From Amoebidium appalachense (taxonomy: Eukaryota; Protista; Ichthyosporea): a stretch of DNA of 64,000 bases. Where the stretch lies: NCBI GenBank assembly GCA_963693365.1, contig CAVNZM010000006.1, forward strand, positions 6,613,264 through 6,677,263, in the 5' to 3' direction. This document shows, piece by piece, positions 28,625 through 61,365 of this stretch. A program made the translations under genes and the position numbers. How positions within the stretch are numbered: the stretch's first letter is position 1; each line of letters opens with the position of its first letter. The notes beneath the pieces were generated by a model. It saw only the letters and a list, made by a program, of their open reading frames with translations. It searched no databases and had not been told where the DNA came from.

Positions 28625-29228
28625 TATGGAGGTCAAGGGCGAGACAGGGACCAATGGTTGGCTGGAAGGGGGTTGGAATGTAGAGCTGCTGTGTCCTTCT
28701 TTCTCCTTGACTTCTTCTAACAGATTGCCTTTGTTTTATTCTCCGAAATGTCGTCTAGGCCTTGTGATAGGTATTTGGTATGTTGTCTGTAGCGGAGAGG
28801 GAGGGAATGGGCTTGGTTGTGGTGATTTATACAGAAATGCAGAAAATGCTGTTCCCCTTTCATGTTCTTGTCGTCTATCGTTTTTTTTTCCCCTCTCCCC
28901 CCCCCCCCTCCCCCCCCCCCCCTCCGAATCCCCATTGTGAATGTTGTGACATGCGGGCATACACGTACGAATGTGCAGTCAGAGCATATTGTAACCTTGC
29001 ATGCATGTTTGGATGCCCAGTCCTTTCCACCATTCATTTATGTTCAAGGAATTTGTTGTACATGTTCTCATTCACACACACCCCCTACACACACACAACC
29101 ATTCATATACATGGATACACGCGTGCGCATACACACATACAAACAAGCGCGTGCGCACGCACACACACACGCAAAAGCACACAGCGGGCAGTGCCCGTCG
29201 CGCGCGCGCACACACACACACACACACG

Positions 29229-29262
<34 letters not shown>

Positions 29263-29499
29263 TGGGATTGCAAAACGTGAATCTGGATGGCACTGCTCAG
29301 AGTGTGCACGGAGATTCAGAACACTTTTCGAATGTCTTTTAGGATGTGTCGGTACTCATGACACTTTAAACTGCAGCATTAAAGAACGGTACAAGAAAAA
29401 CCTGATGCTAAAGTGAGCATTCTTGTACATCCTCTCCCCACACAGAAAACTCACCTACTTGAATTCCGGGACTGGGCTATCGATCCTCCCGGGCCTTAG

Positions 29500-29658
29500 G
29501 CCTGGATCGTATATAACCAACTGCGGTGTAATTCTTTCCCTCCTCCCGCAGAGGCCGCGAGGATCATCTATGATCAACTGCGGGGTCGTTATTTTTTCCC
29601 TCCTCCCCCCAGAGGCCAGGATCGTAACTATTATGATGAACCGCGGGGCCTTTTATTT

Positions 29659-29695
<37 letters not shown>

Positions 29696-29930
29696 CCCCG
29701 AGGCCAGGATGATCGTATATCATCAACTGCGAGGCAGTTATTTTTCCCTCCTCCACCAGAGGCCAAAATCATGTCATCGGATAATTAAAATTGTGGGGTC
29801 GTTACTTCTTCCCTTCTTCCCGGCGGCAAGAGGCCAGAATCGTGTATGATCAACTGTGGGGCCGTTAATTTCCCCCCAGGGGCCGGATAGCACATGATAA
29901 ACTGCGGGGCGGTATTTTCGCCCTCCCCGT
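29500..29930. repeat. Degenerate ~55-60-bp tandem array, an inverted relative of the 30526-31610 satellite
   Basis: Repeated GGCC..GGATCRTATATGATCAACTGCGG motif matches the reverse complement of the CCGCAGTTGATCATATATGATCC core. Confidence 0.75.
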
Positions 29931-29996
29931 CGGCATGATCGTGGTGCAATCGCCGCTGCATTTATCAGCAATTTCAATGCTGTGCCTGCAGGTGAA

Positions 29997-30277
29997 TTTT
30001 TTTTTATTTAGTAATGACTTTATTGATCTTCCCTTCAAAATAGACGCAATCGAGCAATCACAGATCTCTCAGTGGGAAGATACAAAAATCGTTCTCTCGA
30101 ATACTCAGTAGATAACCACTTAGATAATCATACACTTGAGAAAACTCGTTAAACAGACGTGGCTTTAACAGATAGTCAATAGGCGTAATATCAGGATAAA
30201 AAATTTTCCCGGCAATAGCCAGGTCCCCAGATTCGAACCAGGTGCATCCTGTGTCGGAGGCTAGGAGCTTACCCATA
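29997..30277 (-). mobile_element. SINE: tRNA-derived head plus a LINE-derived 3' tail with a short poly(A)
   Basis: Minus strand reads TGGGTAAGCTCCTAGCCTCCGACACAGG...CCTGGTTCGAATCTGGG (B-box GGTTCGAATC), then ~200 bp homologous to 33135-33331, ending ATCAATAAAGTCATTA...A-tail. Confidence 0.75.
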
Positions 30278-30525
30278 TGGAAATTTCCACCTTCGCCACC
30301 CATGAAATAATTCTGGAATTTTCCAAAATTATCCACTTTCCAGAGTTTGGCGACAGATCTATATGAAATGATTTCTGGAACATTCCAGAAATATCTAATT
30401 CAGGAATTTGAATAGCGAAGAATATCACTGAAAAAATATGCATTTTCAGCTGTGAATTCTGGACATTTCCGGAAACGTTGAGATATGGAAATTTCCGGGA
30501 ATCATTTCCTGATATTCCCTTCAAC

Positions 30526-31610
30526 AGGCGGCGTGAAAAAAATTTCGGCCAATAAAATCATGCCCGCAGTTGATCATATATGATCCTGCCCTTCAGCAGG
30601 CGGCGTGAAAAAAGATGTCGGCCAATAAAATCATGCCCGCAGTTGATCATATATGATCCTGCCCTTCAGCAGGCGGCAGGAAAAATTATGTCGGCCAATA
30701 AAAGCATGCCCGCAGTTGATCCTATATGATCTTGCCCTTCATTAGGCGGCATGAAAAAAGATGTCGGCCAATAAAATTATGCCCGCAGTTGATCATATAT
30801 GATCCTGGCCTTTAGAATAGGCGGCGCCGTGGAAAAAGATGTCGGCCAATAAGATTATGCCCGCAGTTGATCATATATGATCCTGTCCTTCAGCAGGTGG
30901 CGTGAAAAAAGATGTCGGCCAATAAAATCATGCCCGCAGTTGATCATATATGATCATGCCCTTCCGCAGGCGGCGTGAAAAAAGATGCCGGCCAGTAAAT
31001 CATGCCCGCAGTTGATCATATATGATCCTGCCCTTCCGCAGGCGGCGTGAAAAAAGATGTCGGCCAATAAAATCATGCCCGCAGTCGATCATATATGATC
31101 CTGCCCTTCAGTACAGTCGGCGTCCGCGAATAAGAGACTCCACGAATAAGAGATCTAGCGCTACCAAAGTTGGGGGGACAATTCTATGACGTCATAGTTT
31201 ATTATAGAGTGACGTCATTTCTCATATTTGAGAATAAGATACTTTAGCGTTACCCCCCGTGGAGGGAGTCTCTTATTCGTGGACGCCGACTGTAGACGGC
31301 ATGAAAAAAGATGTCGGCCAATAAAATCATGTCCGCAGTTGATCATAGTAGGCCACGTGAAAAAAGATGTCGGCCAATAAAATCATGCCCGCAGTTGATC
31401 ATATATGATCCTGGCCTTTAGATTAGAGTAGGTGGCGTGAAAAAACATGCCGGCCAATCAAATCATGCCCGAAGTTGATCATATATGATCCTGCCCTTCA
31501 GTAGGCGGTGTGAAAAAAGATGTCGGCCAATAAAATCATGCCCGCAGTTGATTATAAATGATCCTTGCCTTCAGGGTAGGCAGAGGGGAAAAACGTGCCG
31601 GCCAATAACT
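30526..31610. repeat. ~72-73-bp satellite array (~12 units), each with the 14-bp palindrome GATCATATATGATC
   Basis: Unit AGGCGGCGTGAAAAAAGATGTCGGCCAATAAAATCATGCCCGCAGTTGATCATATATGATCCTGCCCTTCAGC repeats at 30526, 30598, 30671 and onward; interrupted by a MITE. Confidence 0.92.
31114..31292. mobile_element. 179-bp MITE of Tc1/mariner-pogo type
   Basis: 28-bp TIRs CAGTCGGCGTCCGCGAATAAGAGACTCC / GGAGTCTCTTATTCGTGGACGCCGACTG (1 mismatch). TA target duplication at 31112-31113 and 31293-31294, inside a satellite unit. Confidence 0.92.
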
Positions 31611-31688
31611 TGAGTTTTGTCACTGACGGAAACCGTGGGTCACTACAATGGAGCAAAACGGGCAGTGATCTCAATGTGGATTTCATGA

Positions 31689-33331
31689 TTTCTATCAAGG
31701 AATATTCGCAAATATCTCTAATATTCATCCTGCCAATTTGCTCACTCTTTTTAAAGTTTTTCTTCGTCCGTGTTTGTCGCTTACATATCTATCAAGGAAT
31801 ATTCGCAAATATCTCTAAGATTCATCCTGCCAATTTGCTCACTCTTTATAAAGTTTTTCTTCGTCCATGTTTCCTGCCGTTGTGAATGGAGTACTGAGTA
31901 AGGGATTCAATCTTTCTCGAGGCCTTTTACAGGGCTCACTTTTGAGTCCCCTTCTCTTTGATGTCTTTAATGACGACTTAGCGGTAGAAATTTAACAATT
32001 TCCAGTTGCCGGCGACTTGTGTCTCCGGCCTTTTTTTCGCTGATGATATTATCTTAGTCACTCACGATCCTTCTATCATGAATAACATGCTTTCTCGAGT
32101 AGATGACTGGTGTTTCCGAAATTTTATGAAAATTGGGATAGCTAAATGCGGCACCTTTTCTTCCAATGCACAGTACACTCTGAACAATCAACCTATCCCA
32201 ATCGTGTCCTCCTATGACTATTTAGGTAATCCTTTCACCTCTAAGGGTATCTGGTTTGAGCGTCTTTTGACTTCGCGCATTTCTCGTGCGCGTGGTCGCT
32301 TACATATCTATCAAGGAATATTCGCAAATATCTCTAATATTCATCCTGCCAATTTGCTTACTCTTTATAAAGTTTTTCTTCGTCCATGTTTCGAATATGG
32401 CCTCCCGTTACTCTTGTGTGCCCCTCCACGGCAACAGCGCGCGGCTCTTCGGGATTTCGATTCCTTTCAGCGTAAATTCATCCAGTTTATTTCTCGAACC
32501 TCGCGTAGGCATCCTTTGGCGGCTCCCTTGCTGAGTGTTTTTGGTCTCCCTCCAGCGCGCCAGCGTATGAATGAATTAGGACTTCGCTTTTGTTTTCATT
32601 TGGTTAGGCTTCCTTCTTATCATTCTTTGTTGCAATTCTTTCCTTTTTTAGCACCTGTTCCCGGCATTTCTAATGTTCGTGCGGGATGTCCTATCCCCAG
32701 TCTCTCTCCCATTCCGAGATATCCTTGTAAATACTTATCTCCTTTATTTTTCTCTTCTACTAGTTATCAGCAGTATGTTACTTGGTTTCATACTCAACAT
32801 CCTTTGCTTCATCGTTGTGATAAAGAGTATCATGGTAGGGCTCTTGAGCCTGTGCTTCTTTTTATATTAGAGACTCGTCTATTTTCTTTACAATTGTTGT
32901 GTAAATCATTAGCTACTTATATTTATCGTTCCTCTCGTAAACCTACCACACTTACCGATTTTGCAATTCTAACCCCTCCTTGTAACATAGCTTGGAAATG
33001 TTTATTTTGGCGCTGTAACCTTTGTTTCCATAAATGTTTGTGCCACTTTTGTGCAGAACCTTATACTCGTGAAGATATATTTATTTATCTCAGATTATTC
33101 CGTTAGAAATTAGAAGACTGGCTTATTTAGATAATCCTGATATTACGTCTATTGACTATCTGTTGAACCACGGTATGTTTAATGAGTTTTCTAGGGTGTA
33201 TGATTATTTAAGTCGTTATCTCCTCCATATCCGAGATTGAGGGCTTTTGTATTTTTCTTCTCCGAGATATCGGTGATATCTCGATGGCTTCTATTTTGCT
33301 GAGCATATCAATAAAGTCATTATAAAAAAAA
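31689..33331 (+). mobile_element. 5'-truncated non-LTR retrotransposon (LINE) with partial reverse transcriptase, one frameshift, poly(A) tail and 13-bp TSD
   Basis: RT motifs GLLQGSLLSPLLF (~31920-31960), then after a frameshift near 31994 LFFADD, KC and YDYLG (ORF 32006-33106). AATAAA plus A8 tail. TSD GTGGATTTCATGA at 31676-31688 and 33332-33344. Confidence 0.9.
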
Positions 33332-33344
33332 GTGGATTTCATGA

Positions 33345-33797
33345 CTGACCGAACCGTGGCACACCACAATTCAGCAAAACGGGCAGTAAGCATCAACCGA
33401 CTCCCGTTACTGAAGGAAACCATGCCTCACTACAATTCATCCAAACGGGCAGTAAGCATCAACGATTTTCGTCGCTGACGGAAACTGTGGGTCTCTACAA
33501 TTCAGCAAAGTTGGCAGTAAGTATTAACGGTTACCGTCACCGACGGAAATCGTGGCTCACTATATATCAGCAAAACGGTCAGTAAGCAGGGGTGGCTCAC
33601 TACAATTCAGCAAAACGGGCAGTAAGCGGGTCACTACGATTCTGTAAAAAGGGCAGTGCACGTGAGCATCAAAGATTTTCGTCACTGAGGGAAACGGTGG
33701 CTCACTTCAGTTCAGCAAAACGGGCAGTGAACATCAACAATTTTCGTCACAGACGGAAACCGTAGCTCATTACAATTCAGCAAAACGGGCAGTGGCC
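33345..33797. repeat. ~60-bp tandem array (TCACTGACGGAAACCGTGGCTCACTACAATTCAGCAAAACGGGCAGT...); one more unit at 31619-31675, before the LINE
   Basis: About 8 degenerate copies. The same unit on both sides of the LINE shows that the LINE inserted into this array. Confidence 0.85.
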
Positions 33798-35659
33798 TCA
33801 AAGAGAGCCTCGGATAGATAGCTCATTTCCGGGATCGAATGTGGGGAAATTTCCGAAATTTTCCATTTTTTATTTTTTTTTTGCGAAATGTGCGGACTTT
33901 GCAGCCAAAAGGTAGGGAATTGCTCCCCAGATATATGTACAATAGTGAGCGCGTGGGTAAATCTTTAATCGACCAGTTTGTATATGAGGGGCGGCCGTTT
34001 TTCTTAATGTGTGAAGGCTTAATGGAGATGTAACAAATACAAAGTTTTCAGATATGTATGCCCTACACCAAACATCACACCCACCAATTAGAACAAACAA
34101 GCCCCCAAAAACGCGGTTTGCTCTCGAGCTGTATTCCTCCAAACATATACATCCAGTTTACCGGGGCCCATACACATTGTCAACATGCCGTAGTGAATGA
34201 CCTACCAATGTTTACCGTAATGGTTCTTGATTTTATACTTATACTTAACTCTGGCGAGTTTCTACTGTTCCAAAAGTATATGGATTTTCTGGACAAAAAT
34301 GTAACACAGTCTCAGAATGCTGACTAAGATGTACTTAAAATCAAACCGTTAACAAAAAAGCATATACATATATATATATATATATCCACATACGTTAGGA
34401 TGTCTTATAAATACATACATTATATCTCCACATAAAATTTGTATGATGTAAGTGTAACATCAATTTTACATGTATATCTTGTTGGGTGGAAGTACTGTTG
34501 GCCTTGTTGCCGACAACTTATCACAGCTCACACAGTGTCGTTGATTAACAGAACATTCGATCCCCCAAAAATGTATGTATGTCCGGAAATTTCCAAAATG
34601 ATTTCATCTCTCGTGAAGGTGGAAATTTCTACCAGTAGGTTAAGACGGTTCGGGTATGAACAGACACAGGCTTTGCAAATGATATTGGAGGCTAATTTTG
34701 AAGCCAGATCTAGAGGGGAAGGGCGGGGGGGGGGGGGGGGGGGGGGGGAGGGGGGGGGGGTTCCTGGTTTTTTGAACTGGTAACGGTAGGCCCTCACCTT
34801 CTAGATAAGCTTAAGTACTGATACACAAACAGATCAGTGCCTGTCAAGAGGGGTTGGGTGCCGGCCCTAGAAGGTGACTAAAACAATTGAGCTCGAATTT
34901 AGTTTATGGAACCGAAAAGATAATATCATGTGGTTTGAGAGTGGAAGATTTGTGGGGGCAGGCGCGCCAACCTTATTCAATCGTGAATACAATTCACAAC
35001 CACGGCTAACTTATACAGCTTTACATCGGATTCCCTTGACAGGCAGTAAACGATAGCCATTTCGTCAACCAAATACTACATGAATATATGCAGAACCGTA
35101 TAGACTCTTCACAAAAACATGCCTTTCTGCACAAATAGGATATTTAACAACCAGCTATGTAATGCAGTAAAAAGTCAACAAAACTCAGGAGCAAAACTCG
35201 GGTAAGATAACACATCATGAGATCGAGTACCCAGAATCATGTGACGGTACCTCATGCAAAGGTTTCTTGCTCTACAGTACACAGTCTTGTAATGAACAAT
35301 GATCAGTCCATTGTCACCCCCCCCCCCCCCCCCCCCCCCCCCCCAACACACAAACACACACGTGAAAACACACAACAGCAAGAGCTCATCTCGATCTTCA
35401 AAGGGAAGGAATTAAAATAACAAACAAAGCCCCCCCCCCCCCCCCCCCCCCCTCCCCGGCGCTTCCCACACCCGTACCCGCACGTCTCCCATCCTCACCC
35501 ATCCACCCTCACACCCACCCCACCACCCACCCCCAAAACACACACAAAAAAAAAAAAAAAAAAAAAAAAAAACCACGAAATCGTCTTCATGGTATTCTTG
35601 AGACACAAAAACTAAAGCCCAAATGCTTTCACTTGCACTCTATCACCACCACCACCACC

Positions 35660-55438
<19,779 letters not shown>

Positions 55439-56332
55439 GTTGCCTGTTCAATTGATGTGGCTGTATTCTCGTTCCTTATACAGATAAAGCATACAACTAG
55501 ACGATGTATGTTTGGTTGGCTAAAGAATGTGTGCCGGAAAAGTAAGCCAAACGTTTTGGCTCACAAAAGAAGATCGCGCCGTTTTGAGTTAGCAAAACGC
55601 AGGTAAAGAAAATAAGCCAAAAACGGGTGGGATTGTGGACGCAATTCTTCCCCTTACTTTCTACTGTTTTTCGACCTGTAATGAATGGTTCCGGAGCAGC
55701 CTTACAAAACATGTACTCAAATTTTAGTGACGTTTCAGGAGGTTCGAAGACGTGATGCCATATGAAACAAAACAAACGTACCTCGCAGTGCTTAGAAATT
55801 GATACCGGCCACGGAAACGTGCTAGTAAAGAGGTGCTAAGTCAAAAGAAAGAAAAATTTACATACACTCAGAATGCCTGGGGGAATCGAACTTCACCGTG
55901 AACGTGTTACGTGTACATGTCACGATGCATGCGGCCACAGAAGTAATCTACTGTGTGAGTACACACCATCATGCTTTCTCGGTATTGTAATATTTGATTA
56001 GAATGACGTCACTACGTGACATTTCATGAACGACTGTGATGCGCGATAAGCCAATCGGAAATGCTTCTCACAATAGTCTCGCTGAGAGTAAAAAGGAAGA
56101 GTAGTAAAAAGGAAGGAAAAAGGGGGCCCTGGTAAAAAGCCTCGGAGTCGATGCTTATGATGAATGTTTATGGTTCGTGTGTGTAACACTTCATTAGAGC
56201 AGGTTTAACGAGTGTATGGTAAATTCATGGTTAATGTGTGACACTTTAATAGAGCAGGTTGATGTAACATATAACAGGGAAAACTCTTAACAGTTTTCAT
56301 AAAAACGAGAATGTTGTTGGTTTAGTTATACC
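55439..56332. promoter_or_regulatory. Bidirectional promoter between the PPR gene and POLI: CRE TGACGTCA (56004-56011) and CCAAT box (56051-56055)
   Basis: About 900 bp free of microsatellites between divergent ATGs; motifs seen directly. Confidence 0.55.
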
Positions 56333-57206
56333 ATGAAGCCAAGCAAGCAGCCGCCGGCCGCACACGGCGGGCAGACACTCGGCACACGACGCACCATCAT
56401 ACACATAGACTTAGATTGCTTCTATGCGCAGGTACATACAAGCAAGGAGAAAAAGATAAGAAAAAGATTGGGTGGGGAGTGGGGAGGGGAAGGGGGGGGG
56501 GGGGGGGGGGGAGGGGGGGTGTGGAATAGAAAGGAGAGAAATATAGTTTTGCTGCGGGGCTTGTTGCTTACCTAAACCTACATATGGATGTGTGCGTGCG
56601 TGCGTGCATTTGTTTCGTGTGTGTGTGCGCGCGAATTTTTTTGTGAGGGTAGAGGGGGAGAAGGGGATGTTGAGGGGGGGGAGGGGGGGAGAGGGGTATA
56701 GTGTGCTAGGTTAAGCACGAAAAATGTATCGGTGCGAGCACCGAACCTTTGCTGGCCCAACCTACTCACCAAAAAAAGGGAGAGATAGAAATATAGAAAA
56801 AAAGGAAAGTCGGCAACACTTAGCCTGCTTGTCGTCCACAATAGGGGCCTTGCACTTCTGCTAGTGCTGCTTCATTGCCTTTTTACTGTTACCGATTTGC
56901 AAAGTTTATTTCTTCTTCGAAAATTTCTTTTCCTGGTTGAGTATTGCTGCTCAAGAGGAAGCGCTCAATTTCGAAGTACACATCCAGTCGCTCGCTTCTT
57001 CTTGAACCCCCCTCCCCCCTCCCCCCCCCCCCCCCCCCCCCCCCCGGGCCCCCACCCGCCCCCCCCCCCCAAAAAAAAGAAAAAAGTAAAAAGGTAAAAT
57101 TATTAAAGTCCTGCACACCACGTCCCCTCCACGTTTGCCCTCCGCTCCCCCCCCCCCCCACCACCACCACCACCACAACAACAACAACAACGACAACAAC
57201 ACACAT

Positions 57207-57264
<58 letters not shown>

Positions 57265-57489
57265 TCACACACACACACGCGCGCGCACACACACACACGC
57301 GCGCACACACACACAAACACAGACACAAACACACAGAAACCAAAAGTGAGGACTGGGCAATAGTTTGCGCTGCTGCTTATGTTGCACTTTCAATGTTGCG
57401 CACATGTTACGTGTGGACTAATTTGCTTGTTTGCAATCCTCTGTGGTTCATCTTTGTACTTATTAGTTTTAACCATCAACCAAACCCCC

Positions 57490-57520
<31 letters not shown>

Positions 57521-58355
57521 ACACCACACCCACCTGCCCACTGGAGGTTGTTGAGCTCTGCCGTATATGCATACTCTTTGTGTGTGTTTTGCATTGTGTT
57601 GTCAGTCCCAATTGTGTACATTGCACTCTATAAAACATCCTAACCCTCCCCCCCCCCTCCCTCCCCTCCAAACCACCATCACCACCACCACCACCACACC
57701 AACACCATTATCTTACACACAGACGCACACACATACATACACACACGGAAATGCACACGCACACAAGCGCACGCACTCACATACACACTCACTCACTCAC
57801 TCACTCACTCACTCACTCACTCACTCACTCACTCACTCACTCACTCACTCACTCACTCACTCACACACACACACACAAACACACACACACATCGCACCCC
57901 CATATGCACACGAGCCACCTCTCCCCCACGTTTTCTCCCCACACATTCTCCTGTTTTCTTTCCTTTCCCTTTGCATAGGTCGAAATGGTGCGCAATCCAT
58001 CATTGTGTGATCGGCCTGTAGGCATACAACAGAAGAACATAGTGGTGACCTGCAACTACCCGGCCAGGAATTTTGGTGTCACGAAATTAATGTTGGTGGC
58101 TGACGCTCTAAAGAAATGCCCGGATTTGGTGTGTGCCCCTTCCCCTTCCTCCCCCTTTGGCCCTCCTTCCATCTCAACACACATGCACGCACACCCGGGC
58201 TTGTGCACACTAACAAGCTCGCATGCATAGCCTTCGCGCACGCACACCACACACACACACACACGAACACATACACGAACGGTCCTCCCGCCTTGAGACA
58301 AAAAGGCATTTAAAACCGGAAGGGGAGTTATCTGTTTAAAAGTTTACAGGTTTGA

Positions 58356-58409
<54 letters not shown>

Positions 58410-59575
58410 ACAAACAAAAAAAAAAAGGGAAGAAAGAAAGAAAAAGAAAGACCCCTTCCCCCCCCCCTCCCCCCTCTCTACCCAACCACCCAACCACCCA
58501 CCCACCCCGGGCACACCCACACAGAAAGAAAGAATGAATGAAAAAAAGGAATAAGATTAAGGAGAAAGAGAAACCACTCACCCACCCACTTGCCTCCCAT
58601 CCTCCGTTCATCCCCTTAACACGGATAATACATTCGACACACAGATTCTAATTGCATAACCAATACTCGACCTTTCAATAGCCCAATGCGTGTTCATTAC
58701 CTTGGAATCTCGTGCTCTACAATTTTTATTTTTTATTTTTTTTTTTTTGTCTTTTTTTCCCCCCTTTCTTCTTTCTCCTCCTTTTCACATACGTTCATAG
58801 CTTTTACCCGTATCCCCCATATCCAACTATTTAACCTTTCAAGAACACAATACGCCTGTTGGGATTTGGAATCTCGAGCTCTACATGTTCAACCTTTATT
58901 TATGATTGTTTGTTTGTTTGTTTGTTTCCACCCACACACGCACAGGTTATAGTGAGATCTCGAAAACTATGTTCAAGTTTTCTTTTGTTTATTCATTTAT
59001 TTATTCCTGTTCACACACACAGGTTCTAGTAAGTGGGGAGGATTTGACACACTACCGTGAGGCGTCTCTTTCCATTTACAAAACTGTTTCCCGATTCAGC
59101 CCCACGGTGGAGAGACTGGTCTTGGATGAGTTGTGGCTGGATGTGAGCAGTGTGGTGGAAAAGAGGATTGAGGAGGGGAAGGAAAGGGGGGAGTGGATGG
59201 GCTACGTCATGGCCGGGTAGGTGGGAGGGTTGTTACTTTGTGTTCTTTGTTGAGATAAATAAATGGCACGGGTTTTTCTGGTTTGCAGAGATATTGGTAG
59301 ATGCATGGACTGGCACACACACAGAAAGAGAGAGAGAGAGGGAAGAGAGTGAGAGTGAGAGTGAGAGGGGGGGGGGAGGGGGGGGGAGGGAGGGAGGGAG
59401 GGCGAGAGAGAGGAAGAGGGGGGGGGGGGGGGGGGAAGATGCATGCATGCACATGGGGGACTGCACAGTATGGATACACAAACATGACCACAAAGATCAT
59501 GCAATGTTAAAAGATCACACGTCATCATGTGGTTAGTTTGTCGACAGTACCCAGGTTGTGTGATGGTGTGTGTGT

Positions 59576-59613
<38 letters not shown>

Positions 59614-60799
59614 GGAAGGAACACGGTGTTCTTGATCATGATACATCTGTTCACACTTGACGTTGTGTGCGCCTGTATGTGTGTGTTTCTGTACGTGTGC
59701 ATGTGTGCCTGTATGTCTCTACGTGTGTATGTTTTTCTGCATATATGAGTTCCTGTTTGTCTGTGGCTTCGTTTGTGTTATACCTCCAACCTTGCCCCCT
59801 CCTCCCCCCCCCTCCCACCCCCTCCCTACTCCCTTCCTCCTCCCCCCCTCCCTCCCTAACCACCACTATCGCCATTGCTATTACTTCCACCCACTCACCC
59901 ACCCACCGTCACACACACACACCACACGTATCCCGTCACAAATCCTTTACTCTCAATATCGCATATACATGCACTCACAACTTCTTGTAAGTACAAATAG
60001 AGGCACGGCTGGGAATTCCCGGGAACGGGGGGGGGAGAGAGGAAAGGAGGGGGGGGGGGGGGGTGGATAGGCTGGCGCGCTACATGAACGTGATTGAGCG
60101 CCAGATGGGCTTGACATAAAAAGTATGAATATCATGATGTGTGCATCTGTAATTTGAGGCATTTTTACTGGTGTTTTTGATGCCGTACGATTTCCTCAGA
60201 GAAGGACCATTGGAAGGGGACAAGGACGGGGAAAAACTTGCATCAATGGCAGCCCAATCGGGCGATCCGGCCACCCTTAATCGGTTAAGGATCGGGTCGA
60301 TTATTGCCGCGGAGATCCGATCGGCAGTTTTCCGCGAGACTGGGTACACGTGCTGTGCCGGGGTGGCATGGTCTAAGGTGTGTGTGTGGGTGTGTTTTGG
60401 GGGGGGGGGGGGGGGGGGGGGGGGGTCATGTTTGTCCGTTGGTTTCCTTGTGTGTCTTTGTGCATCCATGTATGTCCGTATCCATATGTGTGCGCACGTG
60501 TGTGCCTACGCCCCTGTGCATATGCCTACATTTTAAGGAAGTATTCGTGCCTGCTTTCTCCGATGCTCGTTTCCCACAAGGATTTGGAAACCTACACGGG
60601 CATCTGCGTGGCGTTGCCAATTTCTGAACAGATCCACGCCTGCAACCTTTTTCTTTCCTCCTTTTCCCCCTTCCCTGCCCCCTTCTGTTGTCCTTCTTTC
60701 TCCTTCCCTCCCTCCATTTTTCTTTTTCCGGCACATTTGTTCTTTTTTCCCTTTTTTGCCCGCCCCTACCTTCCCCCCCCCCCGCCCCTCCATTTCCTC

Positions 60800-60849
<50 letters not shown>

Positions 60850-61072
60850 CATTCCCTTCTCCCTATATCTCCATCCTTGGGTTCCCTCTCCCCCCCTTTC
60901 CCCCCCCCCCCCTCCCCCCGGCCCCCATCACCACCACCACCACCATTCCCCTCTCTCCCTCCCTCACTCCCTTCGTTTGCACCCCCATCTTGTCTCCTCC
61001 ATTCATCCCTCTTTCTGTATCGTTCCCTTCATTCCTCTCTCCCTCCTCCCTCACCCCAACCTAAGCCCCCCC

Positions 61073-61104
<32 letters not shown>

Positions 61105-61287
61105 ACACATAAACCTACCCCCCAGATGAGCAGCAAGATGACATCAGGCATGCATAAACCCAACCAGCAGACCACCCTCTGGCCGGAGGCTTTTGGCTCA
61201 CGTCTGACGTCTATGCGGGTGAGGCAGCTCCCGGGCATCGGTATTTTAACCCTGTCCCCCCCTCTCCGTTCCCCTCTCCGTCCTCCC

Positions 61288-61365
<78 letters not shown>

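Noticed and set aside
30215-30277. Possible tRNA gene
   Set aside because: 5' part is missing and it is fused to a LINE tail, so it is treated as a SINE head.
30526-31610. CRISPR-like appearance (regular repeats with a palindrome)
   Set aside because: The whole ~72-bp unit repeats with no unique spacers; eukaryotic context and no cas genes.
33345-33797. CACTACAA motifs suggesting CACTA/EnSpm termini
   Set aside because: The motif is internal to tandem units, with no inverted partner or 3-bp TSD.
55870-55950. tRNA-like B-box (GTTCGATTC) on the minus strand
   Set aside because: T-stem and acceptor stem do not pair and there is no cloverleaf; at most a decayed SINE/tRNA remnant.
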